From contig NC_043009.1 in the NCBI RefSeq assembly GCF_006345805.1, forward strand, positions 22,816,001-22,880,000: a stretch of 64,000 nt of DNA, given 5' to 3'. Each line of letters opens with the position of its first letter. Position 1 is the first letter of the stretch. Under the pieces are notes generated by a model that saw only the letters and a program-made list of their open reading frames with translations, was not told the DNA's origin and did not search any database. Source of the stretch: Octopus sinensis (lineage: Eukaryota). Positions 1-13,152 of this stretch are shown piece after piece. A program made the translations under genes and the position numbers.

Positions 1-253
1 GCAATCTTTTGAAGAACAAGTTTACTTTGGAGTTGTAACTGAAGTGCAGAGAAGAACAGTGTTTTTAGAAACAATGCTTCTTAACACCATTTCCTTTTGA
101 CTATTCTGTCAGTCCTCCTTCCTTCCTTCCTATCTGTTAGTCTAAGTTTCCTATGATATGAAGTGGGAAGGCAGTAAAGTGGTAGAGGAAATAAAAGCTA
201 ACCCAATTTAGTAATTGAAACACCAAAGAATGGCATATATTTGAAGCATACAA

Positions 254-284
<31 letters not shown>

Positions 285-1179
285 ACACGTTAAAAAGTTT
301 GCTGCCTAACCATGCAGTTCCAGGTTCAGTCCAACAGTGAGGCATCTTGCACAAGAGTCTACTGCTGCAGTCTGGCTAAAAACTTGTAAGCAGATTTGGT
401 AAATGGAAAATAAGAGATCAGCCTGGTGTGTGTATGTGTGTGTGTGTGTGTGTGTGTGTATGTAGTAATAAGTGATGAAGAAAACAGAAAATAGATTTAG
501 CACTAGTCTTTATTCAGTACGATGATCATTTCAGCCCATCCTGCAACTACAAATTGTGTGCAGAATCAATTATTATTATCTAAACTAACACTGCAGAATT
601 CCTGACGTAGATCCAGTGGAAATATGCCCCATCTGTGGATGATGCCAGGTAGCCCAAACTGTGAACATGCTTTACTCAACACACTAACAGACATATACCC
701 ATTAGTCCAAATAATTACATATATATATGTATGAGAGAGAGAGAGAGAGAGAGTTATAGTTGTGAATGAGTGTTATAGTCAAGCAAGCAATGTTCTCTGC
801 TTCCAGGCTTCTGTGAATACATGTCACATCATGGGGAATAATACCTTACTTGGAAACAGGAGAGAGTTGGTGACTGGAAAGGAATCTGGTCATGGAACAT
901 CCACCAAAACATATTCTTGTCTGACCCATGCAAGCACAGATAAGTGGATGTTGACATGACAATGATGTATGTATGTATGCATGTATGTATGTAAGCCTTG
1001 TGAGAGAATTTGGGCAAAAGAAACTGAAAAAGAAACCCATGTATCATACTTATATACATACACCATTGATAGGCCAGTTACTGCAGACTGTGTTCTGAGA
1101 TGGAACATCTTATGGACGTGTCATGTTCAGTGATCAGATAGAAGTTGGTGCAGCAAAAACTGACAGCAAATATGCTTAA

Positions 1180-1397
1180 CCCTTTAGTATTTAGGTTTCT
1201 TTTGTGAAATGTTCTTATTTATTTGCATTGTTTTGAATGAATCATGCATTGTCTTGTAGCTTTGAAATTTCAATGGTGTGTTTGTATATCTATAGAATGA
1301 CATTGAAGGGTAGGTGAGAAAGACCAGATATGACCAGTTTGAACATAAAAGAGGTAGAATATTTGGGCCAGATATGGCCAGATTAAATGCTAATGGG
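1180..1397. mobile_element. piggyBac-type non-autonomous MITE, family 1
   Basis: TTAA at 1176-1179 and 1398-1401; termini CCCTTTAG...(C)TAATGGG; body alignable by eye to 3456-4090 and 54336-54556. TTAA TSD with CCC/GGG ends is the piggyBac signature. Confidence 0.75.
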
Positions 1398-2739
1398 TTA
1401 AGGGAAGTTAATTTTTGTGTTTTTTAGTGGCTAATATATGTGTTCCAAGCTGTAACTGTTTTAGTTTCAACACATGGTCTCAGATCAATTCACTTGCCTG
1501 GCAAATATACATTCACTGTTTCCAGGAATTTTGGTTAAGCAGATGACAAATGGGATGCATGGTATTGACAAGCCTCAAAAACGGCAAAACATCACTGTTG
1601 TCCTGTTGTATCCACTGCAATGGTGATGTTTGTCTTATTCTGATATATGTTGTGTTTTAACACAAAACTATGAAGAGATTTTATCTCAGACAATTCCACA
1701 GCATCGCACATTCTAAAGTTGTGTATACATTAAGAATGATACATTGATGAATATGTATGTACACACACACATATACATCTGTCAATTATAGTGTGTGTGA
1801 GATTATCATTATTTAGTGTCTGCTTTCCATGCTGGCAGTTTGACTGGAACTGGTAAGCCAGAGAGCTGCGCATAGTTCCATTCTAATTTTGGTTTGGTTT
1901 CTATGGCTGGATGCCCTTCTTAAGGCCAACCACTCCAAGTGGTTCAAGATCTGTTAATTATAGTTTGTGTATACAAATACATCTATCAATTAGTGTGTGT
2001 GTTTGTGTGTATATATCAATTATTAATGTGTGAATCTATCTATCTATCAATCCAAATATATATATATATGTCAATTATAGTGTGTGCATGTCTATCTATC
2101 TATCTATCTATCTATCTACATAGATAGATAGATAGATAGAGATATATGTATAAATGTTTTAAATATTTTCTCTAAAGCCAAAATAATGCAAGTAATAAAA
2201 AATTTACAATACATCATTTTTTACTAATTAATCCTGAAGAAGGGGTCCTAACCCCCAAAATATCAAAATACTAGGGAACAGTCCTAACCAGCGACAATAT
2301 CAGACAACGCTTCATCAAAACTATACTAGTTGTGAGTGCGTGTGTGTGCATGTATGTATACACACATCTATATAATGCATGATGAACTAATTCAAATTCT
2401 TCAGACATTTCACTGATTAATTTATCAGTCATTATGACAGTCCCTCATTATCCTCTCTTTTTTTCACTCACTCTCTTCTCTTTCCTGCTTCTACTCCACC
2501 CTGTCCAACTCCTCTTTCATTATGTATATCATTTCAAGTGAGGCCAGTTTCAATGTGATAACATCTAAAAAGAACAAAGCTATCCTGTACCTGGCTACCG
2601 TCAAAGTTGCTTTATTTTTTTTTTTTATCAGTTGTTTACTGAATCTTCTCCCATTACAGCAGCAAGAAGATAACACCTTGATTATTATTATGAACAAGTC
2701 CTTCATTACACAAGTACTTTGCAAGGGTCACCTAAACTG

Positions 2740-3420
2740 ACCATTAGATTAATGGAACTAAGTTGTTTAAACACTTCATGATACTGCATTGCTTAAACAG
2801 TGAGTTGTTTAAATATTTAAAACACTACACTGCTTGAACACCAATTAACATCAAGTAGTAGTATTAGTAGCGATGATAATACACGGCTTAAGCAGTGACA
2901 TTTAATTGTTTAAATATTTAACACAATGGCACTGTCATAAATGCATAAACCTGGGCAACACTACATTGTCAAAAGAAAAAACAAAAATGATGTTCTGTTG
3001 TTTAACTACTTAAAGAAACAATACACTGCTTAAACGTTCAGTGACATTACACCTTTTAAAAATTTAACAATATTACACTGTTTGAATGTGTAGAGTACAC
3101 TGTTCACACACTTGGCAGCAGAATATTGCAGAAATCCTTAGTGACTGTACACTGCTTATACACTTGACGACAGTACACTGCTTACACACTTGGCAACAGT
3201 ACACTGCTTACACACTTGGTGACAGTACACTACTTATACACTTCTTAAACATTTTATGATAGTACACTTGGTGTCAGTACAATAAAGAACACTACATAGC
3301 TTAAATGTTTAGCAACACAACACCTTTTAACAGTTGGCACTGCTTAAACACTTAGGTAACACTACACTACATAGACACTTAGCAAACTGAAATGTCAAAA
3401 CATTTAGTGATACTGGAACA
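2740..3420 (+). repeat. 26-bp minisatellite (ACACTGCTTACACACTTGGCAACAGT) with degenerate flanks
   Basis: Clean units start at 3149, 3175, 3201 and 3227 (period 26); decayed ACACTGCTTAAAC motifs across 2740-3420. Confidence 0.75.
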
Positions 3421-3455
3421 AAAGTATTTGACCATTTGGTGACAGAACTATTTAA

Positions 3456-4090
3456 CCCTTTAGCATTCAGATTACTCTACCAAATGTAATTCTTATTACA
3501 TTGTTTTGAATGGATCATATTGGGTTGTCCGGAAAGTTTGTGCCGAGTTTTAAAGGAAAGAAAAAGGTCAATAAATACTTGCCATTACAATTTTAATCAA
3601 CCAAATATGAATCATTTTGTTGCACAATGCGTCTCCATCTTTCCTTTAACTTTAAAATACCCTCTTCCCAGAATTGAGGTGGTTTCATGGCAAAGAATTC
3701 ATCAAGGTATCTTTTTACGTCATCCAAAGAATTGAAATTTTTACCATTAAGACTATTCTGCAGAGACCTGAATAAGTGGAAATCCGAAGGAGCAATATCT
3801 GGTGAATATGGAGAGTGGGGTGACACATCCCAGCCAAACTGCAGCAATTTTTATCTGGTTCCCAAGGCATCAAGTGAAAATGAACTTTCTTATCTTCCAT
3901 TTTAAAGGGTTACAGAATTAACACGGGTTATAGGAACATAAACCTTCTTCCACAAAAAGATAGCTTAAACTGTGTTGAAAGGTAAGCTACTATAAATCGG
4001 CACAAACTTTCCAGACAACCCAATACATTATCTTGGAGCTTTGAGATTTCAATAATGTGATTGTTTATTTTTAGAATGACATTTTAGGGC
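3456..4090. mobile_element. piggyBac-type MITE family 1, interrupted by a mariner; right end lost
   Basis: TTAA-CCCTTTAGCATT at 3452; the sequences either side of the mariner (GAATGGATCA-TA-CATTATCTTGGAGC) rejoin to match the 1180-1397 copy. Confidence 0.7.
3520..4023 (-). mobile_element. Internally deleted mariner transposon (504 bp)
   Basis: 27-bp TIRs TTGGGTTGTC(C/T)GGAAAGTTTGTGCCGA, 26/27 identical; TA on both sides (3518-3519, 4024-4025). The transposase N-terminus MEDKKVHFHLM is fused to the C-terminus with HSPYSPDIAPSDFHLF. Confidence 0.95.
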
Positions 4091-4510
4091 AGCTTCTGCT
4101 ATGGTTTGAAAACTTCTATCATGGTTCTGGGCAAACAAGAACAGAGTTGCAGTTTGATGGCCTCTATCATGTTTCTGGAGAAACACAAAGAGTTGAACTC
4201 AATGCTGTCATTTAACACAAAACTCATTTTATCACAACATTTCCATAAAATGAAAAACAGCTACAACTGGGAACTTCCCTTCATCCCACTTAATTACACT
4301 GAGTAACATCATAGGTCTCCTCTTGTACCAATTGAATAGAAAGGGAGAGAGGGTTATGTTGGGTCAAAAAGTTCTACCTGTTAGAGATATCATGTAACCA
4401 AGTGCAACCTGTCTTATGGCTGGGTGGTTGGTGATTAAATCAGTACACCCCTCCCAGCTCCCAAACTAGTTTAGTGGGTGAGGACAGTGTGTGAACATCC
4501 AGTAAGATAA

Positions 4511-5278
4511 ACCCTTTTGTTACCAGATTTCTACTAAAATACATAAACTTTGTTTTGATTAATTTCTAAAATAATGAAATATTTAGTAAAATAAATTTGT
4601 CATCGTTAAGCTGGTGTTTAGAACACAAATTAACATGAAATTTTGATGGAAGATGTTAATTCAAATGACTTGAATTCTTTTGTTACCATATTTCTTATGA
4701 AATACACAGATATTGTTTCAATTAATATTTAGAATAATGAAAAATAAATTTGTCATTATTAAGCTGATGTTTGTAACATAAATTAACATGAAATTTTGAT
4801 GGAAGATTTTAATTCAGATCACTAACATTTTTGTTCCCATATTTCCAATGAAAAACACTGCCGTTGTTTTAAATAATTTCTAAAATAAAGAAATATGTAT
4901 TAAAGTAATTTTATCATCACTGAGCTGGATTTATAACATAAATTAATACGAAATTTTGATAGATAATTTTTATTTAGATCCTTTATAAGAGGAGGGAATT
5001 TGTGTAATTGAACCAGGGTAGTCTCAGATGAGTTGGTCTCAAAAGGGTTACAAATTAACCCTTTTAATACTGTATTTCTGTTGAGATGCTCTGTGTTTCT
5101 TTCAATTACTTTAAATATAACAAAGAATTTAGTAAAATAACTTCGCTATCATTCAGCTAGTGTTAGGAGCATAAATTGCGAATAAGGTTTAGTGGAAGAT
5201 TCTAATTCAAAACTTATGAAAACAAGACATTTGTACTCAAAGCCAGAGCCGGTTTCAGCCGGGTTGGTAACAAAAGGG
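4511..5278. mobile_element. Cluster of piggyBac-type MITE family 2 copies; intact copy at 5059-5278
   Basis: TTAA-CCCTTTT...AAAAGGG-TTAA at 5055-5282; three partial head-to-tail diverged copies upstream (about 165-bp spacing). Confidence 0.7.
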
Positions 5279-6741
5279 TTAAACTTGTCAAAAGGTAAAA
5301 GAGCATCTCATAGTGAAGCTGACTACACCTGGAGAAGAGCAAGTGACCACTAGGTTATCTACCTATTGAAACATAAGATTTTGTGTACCTATACTGTCCT
5401 TGGGCTACATACTTAGGATGGACGGAGGAAGAGGAAGAAAGAGACAGAAAGAAACAAAGTGAGATACTATTATAGTTAAAATTCTGTAAACATGCTGCTT
5501 CTAACTTAAAAGAGACATTTACACTACCATTTCAATAAACATGTGCACTACATCCAATGTCCACTGAGAAAAACAAGCAAATATATCATTTATGATGCAT
5601 TATAAAACTGAAGTAAACATCAAACTCTCTCTCGCTCTCATTCTCTCTGCCTTTCTGTTTCTTCATAGCAAGAGGGAAGAGGCCAGCTGTAAATGCAATT
5701 TACTTTGGATGAAATATCTTGAGTTTTATCTTTGTGGACACTGATACAAAATCAATAGCAGGGCAGTACGGTAGTACTTTTGTTTCCATGTCTGCTCCAC
5801 AGACAAACACCAGGAATGGTTGCTTTGATTTCTTCACCAGTCCTTGAAATAAACCGACACAGTTTTATGTTTATCAAAACAAGGCTTGATGCTTGATGTA
5901 TTTGGAATATTTCAAAGATTTCTTTTTATCAATCAAACACAACTTAAGAAAATAATCACAACAACAACAGACACAACTGTGAAAAGGTTCTAAGTGCCAC
6001 ATTTTAACAGCTGTTTCTGCAGCCATCAAATGGAACGAACTTCAACTCACAAACATCATACATCATCTTTTAAATCATGCAGCAAACATTTAAAGACAAA
6101 AATAAAATAAAAATTCACAAAAATAAAATAAAACAACATAAAATATTTCAAAAATTGTTTGTAGTTCTGAAGACAATAAGAAACATTTCTCGTTGTTTCT
6201 GGCAGCTAGTCTATGGTTTGACGAGTGCTTCATTGTGCTAAAACTCTAATGAACCAAGAAAGGAATCTCTGACGATGATATTGCTCTTTTAACGCCATCA
6301 CACTTAGGATGGACGGAGGAAGAGGAAGAAAGAGATGGAAAGAAACAAAGTGAGATACTTATAAGAACTTTGAGTAGGAACTTATATCTAATGGCATGGC
6401 AGTTTTTCTTCCTTTCATTTTCTTTGTTATTTGTCATATTTCCTTGTTCTTTCTTGTAGAATACGTTTATGATGTACAAGTCTTCTTCTTTCCCTCTTCC
6501 ACTTCCTCCCGCTCACATATTCACACACAAACACACAGACATATATGATGTATATCATATATATTCACACGCACACATATGAAATACATGCCATTTTCTC
6601 TATTTTGTAGGATGCAGTCATGGTATAGGTGAGGATTTTAAATAGCTCATGAAATGTGTTCATATCCTGCTGTGGGCAATTAGTTTGTTGGGTCTCACAC
6701 ATGACACAATTCTGCATACTAAGACCCAATATTTAATTTTA

Positions 6742-6775
<34 letters not shown>

Positions 6776-6979
6776 CAGGCAGTGCATATATGTATATATG
6801 TGTGTGTATAGGCAATGCATGTGTGTATGTACATACATATATACATACATACATATATATAATATATAAATACATACATCCATGTGTATGCATATACATA
6901 CATATATATACATGTGAGTATGCATATCTAAACATGTATATATTGATGTGTGTATGTGCATGTGTGCAAATATATTATT

Positions 6980-7011
<32 letters not shown>

Positions 7012-7019
7012 CTTTTTTT

Positions 7020-7325
7020 TTTTACTTGTTTTTACTTTTGACTGTGGCCATGCTGGAGCACCGCCTTTAATCAAGCAACTCGACACCGGGACTTTTTCTT
7101 TTGTAAGCCCAGTACTTATCTATCGGTCTCTTTTGCCGAACTGCTAAATAACGGGGAAATAAACACACCAGCATCAGTTGTCAAGCAATGCTAGGGGACA
7201 AACACAGACACACAAACACATACACGTATATATATATACGACGGGCTTCTTTCAGTTTCCGTCTACCAAATCCACTCACAAGGCTTTGGTCGGCCCGAGG
7301 CTATAGTAGAAGACACTTGCCTAAG
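7020..7325 (-). mobile_element. tRNA-derived SINE family A, 5'-truncated copy
   Basis: Matches the full copy at 12950-13347 (GGTAGACGGAAACTGAAAGAAGCCCG core, internal microsatellite, GGTGCTCCAGCATGGCC 3' part). Confidence 0.85.
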
Positions 7326-8127
7326 GATATTATATATGTATATTTATATATATTATATAAATGTATTTTATATATATTATATATATACATTTTATATATA
7401 TATATATGTGATGCATATATTTAAGCATATACACACACATATATATTGTATTTTATGAAATACAATGAGAACCAGAAGGACTCCACTTCCTCATCCCACT
7501 CCCCCATACATCAAAAGCAGGGAAGGAATGTGTTTACATTCATACTTTGCTCACAACTAATAGATTTCAAATAATTTAACGTATGCATGTGTGTTAGTGC
7601 ATGTGTTACTATGTCTGTGTGTGGATATATGGCAATGCGTACACCCAAAAATATGTGCGTGTGTGTGTGTGATTTTTGGGGGGAATAGTGGATCTCAAAG
7701 TGGGTAAAGCTACAAATAATAGTGTCTTTACAGGAGCTGTGTGTTCAAATCCCATGAACAGCGTTTTACTTTTTCTATATAAAGGGTTTTCAAACATGAT
7801 ATTTACATGCTTTTTATAGCCTTATCTGCTTCAAGATCCACCACTCCAAAAAAGACCTATTTTGTGTTCTCTCAAAGTTCATAAATTCTTATGATATTCA
7901 GTGTGTGTCAAAGAAAGAGAGAGAGAGAAAGAGGGAGAGTTTGGAGGAGCGGATATATTATCTGAGCGGTTACCATATTAGCTCTCAGTTAAATTCCAGT
8001 CAACAGCTAACCAGAACAATCAGTATTTAACGTCTTTGACTACACTTTTGTTGCTAGTCGAACTGTGAATTTCAATGGGTAATTCTGTGTACACTCCGTT
8101 GGATGGTAAAAATTGTCTAGTGTATAT

Positions 8128-8591
8128 AAGCATAAGAATAGCCTGGGCAAAGTTTAGAGAGCTCCTACCTCTGCTGGTAAGAAAAGGCCTCTCGCTCAGA
8201 GTGAAAGGCAGACTGTATGATGCCTGGGTGAACAGCCATGCTACACAGCAGTGAAACATGGGCTGTGACTGCTGAGGACATGCGAAGGCTTGAAAGAAAT
8301 GAAGCTAGTATGCTCCACTAGATGTGTAATGTTAGTGTGCATACACGACAGAGTGTAAACGCCCCGAGAGAAAACTTGGACATAAGAAGCATCAGATATG
8401 GTGTACAAAAGAGATGACCGATGACCATGCTAGTATGGTCATGTGTTACATATGGACGAGAACAGCTGTGTGAAGAAGTGTCACACCCCAACAGTGAAGG
8501 GAATCTGTGGAAGAGGTAGACATGGGATGAGGTAGTGAAGCACAACCTTCAAATGTTAGACCTCACAGAGGCAATGACAAGTGACCGAGAC

Positions 8592-8635
<44 letters not shown>

Positions 8636-8882
8636 TGCTTGAGAAGACCCAGCAAGCCAAGTGAGATCATAGCCGTGGCCAATGCCAGTGTCACATAACT
8701 GGCCCATTTAAAAGCACCTTCAATCTTTGGGCATAATGCTGTGCTTGTGAAGACCTGTTGAACCAGGTGAAATCATAGTCCTGGCCAATGCCAGTGAAGC
8801 CTCCTGGCTTTCCAGCCCTTAGTCAAACTGTCCAACCCATCCCAGCATGGAAAGTGGGCATTAAATGATGACGATGATGATG
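8128..8882 (+). mobile_element. 5'-truncated RTE LINE fragment
   Basis: Translates IRIAWAKFRELLPLL..KGLSLRVKGRLYDA, near-identical to the 24.56-kb RTE; ends in CCCAGCATGGAAA..TTAAATGATGACGATGATGA tail; (TA)n inserted at about 8596-8632. Confidence 0.9.
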
Positions 8883-9591
8883 AATAAAGAGTATGGAGAT
8901 TTGTTCATCCAGAAAATTTATTTTATACTTTTATACACACACACCCATACACACACATATACACACACTCACATATATGCATAGGTATGGTTGGGTGGTT
9001 AGAAACATTTACTTCCTAATCACATAGTTTCGGTGTCACTTTTACTGTGCAGCATGTTTGTCATGTGTCTATTAAGTTCCAAAACCAAACAGAGTTTTGT
9101 GATTGGATTTGGCAAAAAGGAAACTGAAAGAAGCCCATCAGGTTTATATACATATGTGTGTTTGTATCTCCTTGACTTTTCATCCTATAATACTTGTAAA
9201 CAAGTGTCACTGTCATACAAGGGGTGTTTGTTGCTGATCCTTAATGAAAACATGTCTGACCATGGGCAAATATCACTTTGTTTGGAAACAGGAAAAAGTT
9301 GACTACAGCAGAGCTGTGGTATGAAGCTTGCTTCCCAACTACATGGTTCCAGGTTCAGTCCCACAGCGGGGCACCTTGGTTAAGTGTCTTCTACATAGCC
9401 TCAGGCTGACCAAAGCCTTGCGAGCTGAATACCACAAATGTATTCACAAATGGGAACATGAAACTCTGAGTAACAGCTTTTGCGATAATTTTGCAGCTTT
9501 AATAAAAGCATATTACTCTACCCTTGGTATCCGAGTACTATTTTTTTCCACCTTGTTTTACACTCATGTACTCACCATTGTATATATATAT

Positions 9592-9947
9592 AGGCGTAGG
9601 AGTGGCTGTGTGTTAAGTAGCTTGCTTACGAACCACATGGTTCTGGGTTCAGTCCCACTGCATGGGTAAGCATCTTCTACTATAGCCTTGGGCCAACCAA
9701 AGCCTTGTGAGTGGATTTGGTAAACGGAAACTGAAAGAAGCCCGTTGTATATATGTATGTGCGTGTTTGTGTGTCTGTGTTTGTCCCCCCAGCGTCGCTT
9801 GATGACCGATGCTGGTGTGTTTACGTCCCTGTAACTTAACGGTTCAGCAAAAAAGAGACCGATAAAATAAGTCCTGGGGTCGATTTGATCGACTAAAGGC
9901 GGTGCTCCAGTATGGCCACAGTCACATGACTGAAACAAGTAAAAGAG
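9592..9947 (+). mobile_element. tRNA-derived SINE family A
   Basis: A-box-like TGGCTGTGTG and B-box GGGTTCAGTCCC head, family core and 3' CTGAAACAAGTAAAAGAG end. Confidence 0.85.
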
Positions 9948-11044
9948 TAAAAAAAGAGAGTATATATAATATAATAATGGAACGGAATAGGAATTTGGAA
10001 TCTGGGCAAGTACTTTATTAGCACTCTGATACAATCCACATCTGGCCAACCACATTGGGAACATACAGAATTGTTTAAGACAGACAATTGAATGGTACTT
10101 GATAAGTAAATCCTAAGTTCTCTCCATTGGATTTCATACAGTGTACAGATTACATACAATCCGATTGTGTGTGTGTGTGTGTATTCTGGTTCAAGTCTTC
10201 TTAGTGGACCTATTCCTTATTTTCTATCTGAAGTTAATGCTTCTGATGTCTAATTCCATTTGTATATTTACAATGGATTCATAATTTGAATCAGTTTATT
10301 TTATATCCTAGTGATATTAGAGAAATAATTTCATTTACTATTTCCACAATTATACAACTATGGAAAAAAAAAGGAGAGAGTGAGAGAGAGAAAAAGCTGG
10401 AAAAGCTTACATTCCTGTACACTACTGTTTCTGGCTTTGTCAGTATAATATCAGGAAAAATTAGTTTATGAGTTTGAATATTTTCTGAGAAAAATCCATT
10501 TCAATCTCCAAATGCCTTCCTAGCCTTGTAGTATACATGGCATAGATACAACTATTTACTGGTATTAAATTCTGTAACACTGACTGTTTTCCTACAAGAA
10601 AAATTTCAGCTCAGCTCTATGAACTAGTGAAACAACCATCATATTTACAGTGGTACCACTGCTGCTTACAATGATGAGTTATATTTGCTATGCTACCTGT
10701 TTGAGCAGCTGAAAACTGTCTTGTCCTTTGACACAAAATCCAGTAGCTGGTTGCAAAATTTGAACCACTGAAGTCTAGTTTGATGGCTCAGTGTCCTTCT
10801 GATGTGACCTTAAACTCTCCCGACCCAACTCAGAATGATATATAATCAATATATTACATATCAACGCTTTAACTTTTGAGATAAAAACATATTCCTTTCA
10901 CATCAAAGATTGGAGACAATTCCCAAATTTCAAAAGCAATGGCTTAACCTGTAAATAAAAATTGAACTGACATTGTTACAAAAGGATGTGTAGACAAATC
11001 TGTGTTCACATAAGTATAGTTAGTGGACATTAAACTGATAGTTT

Positions 11045-11354
11045 TTACTTTGTTTCAGTCATTAGACTATGGCCATACAGGGGTATCACCTTAAATATTT
11101 CCTTTTTTTTAAGCCTGGTACTTATTCTATTGGTCGCTTTTGCTAAACTGCTAAGTTACAGGGGTGCAAACACAGACTGAATAACATACACATATATAGC
11201 AGGCTTCTTTCTGTTTCCATCTACCAAATCCACTCACAAGGCTTTGGTTGGCCTGATACTATTGTAGAAGACACTTGCCCAAGATGCCAGGCAGTGGTAC
11301 TGAACCCAGAACTATGTGGTTGGGAAGCAAGCTTCTTATCAGTCATGTCTGATA

Positions 11355-11400
<46 letters not shown>

Positions 11401-11812
11401 CATACATATATATATACACACACAAATACATATATATATCCATAGACGTACGCGTATATATACAGATGGGGTTGTCAGCTTCTCAACCACATTGTTCTAG
11501 GTTCAGTTCCACTGTGTGACATCTTGAGTAAGTGTTCTTACTATAACTTTGGGTCGACCAAAGCCTTGCGAGCAGATTTGGTAGACAGAAGCTAAAAGAA
11601 GCCCATCATGTGTCTGGGTGTGTTCCCCACCACCATCTGGTAACTGGTGTTGGTTTTTTTATGTCCCTGTAACTTAGTGGTTCAGCAAAAGAGACCAATA
11701 ACGTAAGTACCAGGCTTCAAAAAAAAAAAAGAACTGAGATTGATTTCTTCAATGAAACCCTTCCAGGTAGTGCCCCTGCATAGCCACAATCCAATAATTG
11801 AAACAAGTAAAA
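11045..11812. mobile_element. Two SINE family A copies in divergent orientation (11045-11345 minus; 11465-11812 plus)
   Basis: Family core on opposite strands separated by (TA)n. Confidence 0.75.
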
Positions 11813-11852
11813 GGACTACATATATAGTCCTACTGTGCGTGTGTGTATATAA

Positions 11853-11897
<45 letters not shown>

Positions 11898-11898
<1 letters not shown>

Positions 11899-11987
11899 TA
11901 GCTTATGGTGACCCGCTCTACATGCGGGTAAGAGTGTGGTTCTTCCTTTCTGTTGTTTATCACCGCATTCTCCCTCTCTGTTTCTTG
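11898..11987 (-). mobile_element. Helitron 3' terminus remnant
   Basis: Minus strand: hairpin ACCCGC-ATGTAGA-GCGGGT, then CACCATAAG, then CTAG|T at 11898; same family as 44409-45527. Confidence 0.7.
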
Positions 11988-12249
11988 TGAGTGGAATTGG
12001 TGGACGGAAACTGAAAGAAGCCCATCATATGTGTGTGCGTTTATGTTTGACAACCCACCATTGCTTGACAACTGATGCTGGTGCATTTACATCCCAGTAA
12101 CTTAGCAGTTTGGCAAAAGAGATCGATAGAATAAGTACTAGGCTTACAAAGAATAAGTTCTGGGGTTGATTTGCTCAACTAAAGGCGATGCTCCAGCATG
12201 ACCACAGTCAGATGACTGAAATAAGTAAAAGAATAGAAGAATGTATATA

Positions 12250-12510
12250 TTTCAGTCATGAGGGCAAGGTTGTTTGTGGAAGATCAACAATCGGCCATGC
12301 ACACTAGCCACCCATCTCCACACCACTGATGTTATCCAAGAGAAAGGCAAAGGCCAATACAGCCTGGCACCAGTGACGTCGCAGCTCATTTCTACAGCTG
12401 AGTGAACTGGAGCAACGTGAACTAAAGCGTCTTGCTCAAGAACACAACACACTTCCCAGTCCAGGAATTGAATTCACTATCTCATGATTATGAGCCCAAC
12501 ACTCTAACCA
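12250..12510 (-). mobile_element. tRNA-derived SINE family C (MetaSINE/V-SINE-like central domain)
   Basis: Minus strand TGGCTCAGTGG A box, GAATTCAATTCC B box, GTGTTGTGTTCTTGAGCAAGAC domain. Other copies at about 46160-46420 (+), 48170-48350 (-) and 59440-59690 (+). Confidence 0.7.
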
Positions 12511-12599
12511 CTGAGCCATACACATTTGTTTGTTTGTTTGTATGTATGTACGTATATATCAAACTTCTCAGTCTCAATTTCAATTTATTCTAACACAAA

Positions 12600-13111
12600 G
12601 GTGCAATTTTATTGTTAGTCACAGCTTCCAACATTACCAATGTACAATCGGATCTGTGTTGAAATCACCTTTTTTTTGCTAACATTATCATAAAGATTGA
12701 TGACCCCAAATTGTTTAACCCTACCAATGTCAGTTCATTTTTTTTTCTTTTCTTGTTTTTATCAATTGAAAAATGGATTTTCCATCAATTTGGACCTCTT
12801 TGCAAGGATCAAGTTTGGAGTCTCATAAGATTTTTGTACAAAGAATATCACAAACGTATCTGATATCACTGAACTGCTGCTTAAATACCAGTTCTGTTGA
12901 GTGACATAAAGAAAAAGTCACTGGGACTTTATATACAAAAGTCTAATACAGGCGCAAGAGTGGCTGTGTGGTAAGTAGCTTGTTTACCAACCACATGGTT
13001 CCGGGTTCAGTTCCACTGCGTGGCATCTTGGGCAAGTGTCTTCTACTATAGCCCCGGGCCGACCAATGCCTTGTGAGTGGATTTGGTAGACGGAAACTGA
13101 AAGAAGCCTGT

Positions 13112-13152
<41 letters not shown>

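Noticed and set aside
597-648. Plus-strand exon with CTAAC branch point encoding IPDVDPVEICPICG
   Set aside because: All three frames hit a stop within the 52 nt.
12950-13030. Functional tRNA genes at SINE heads
   Set aside because: A/B-box-like motifs only; no cloverleaf or acceptor stem, and they run directly into SINE bodies.
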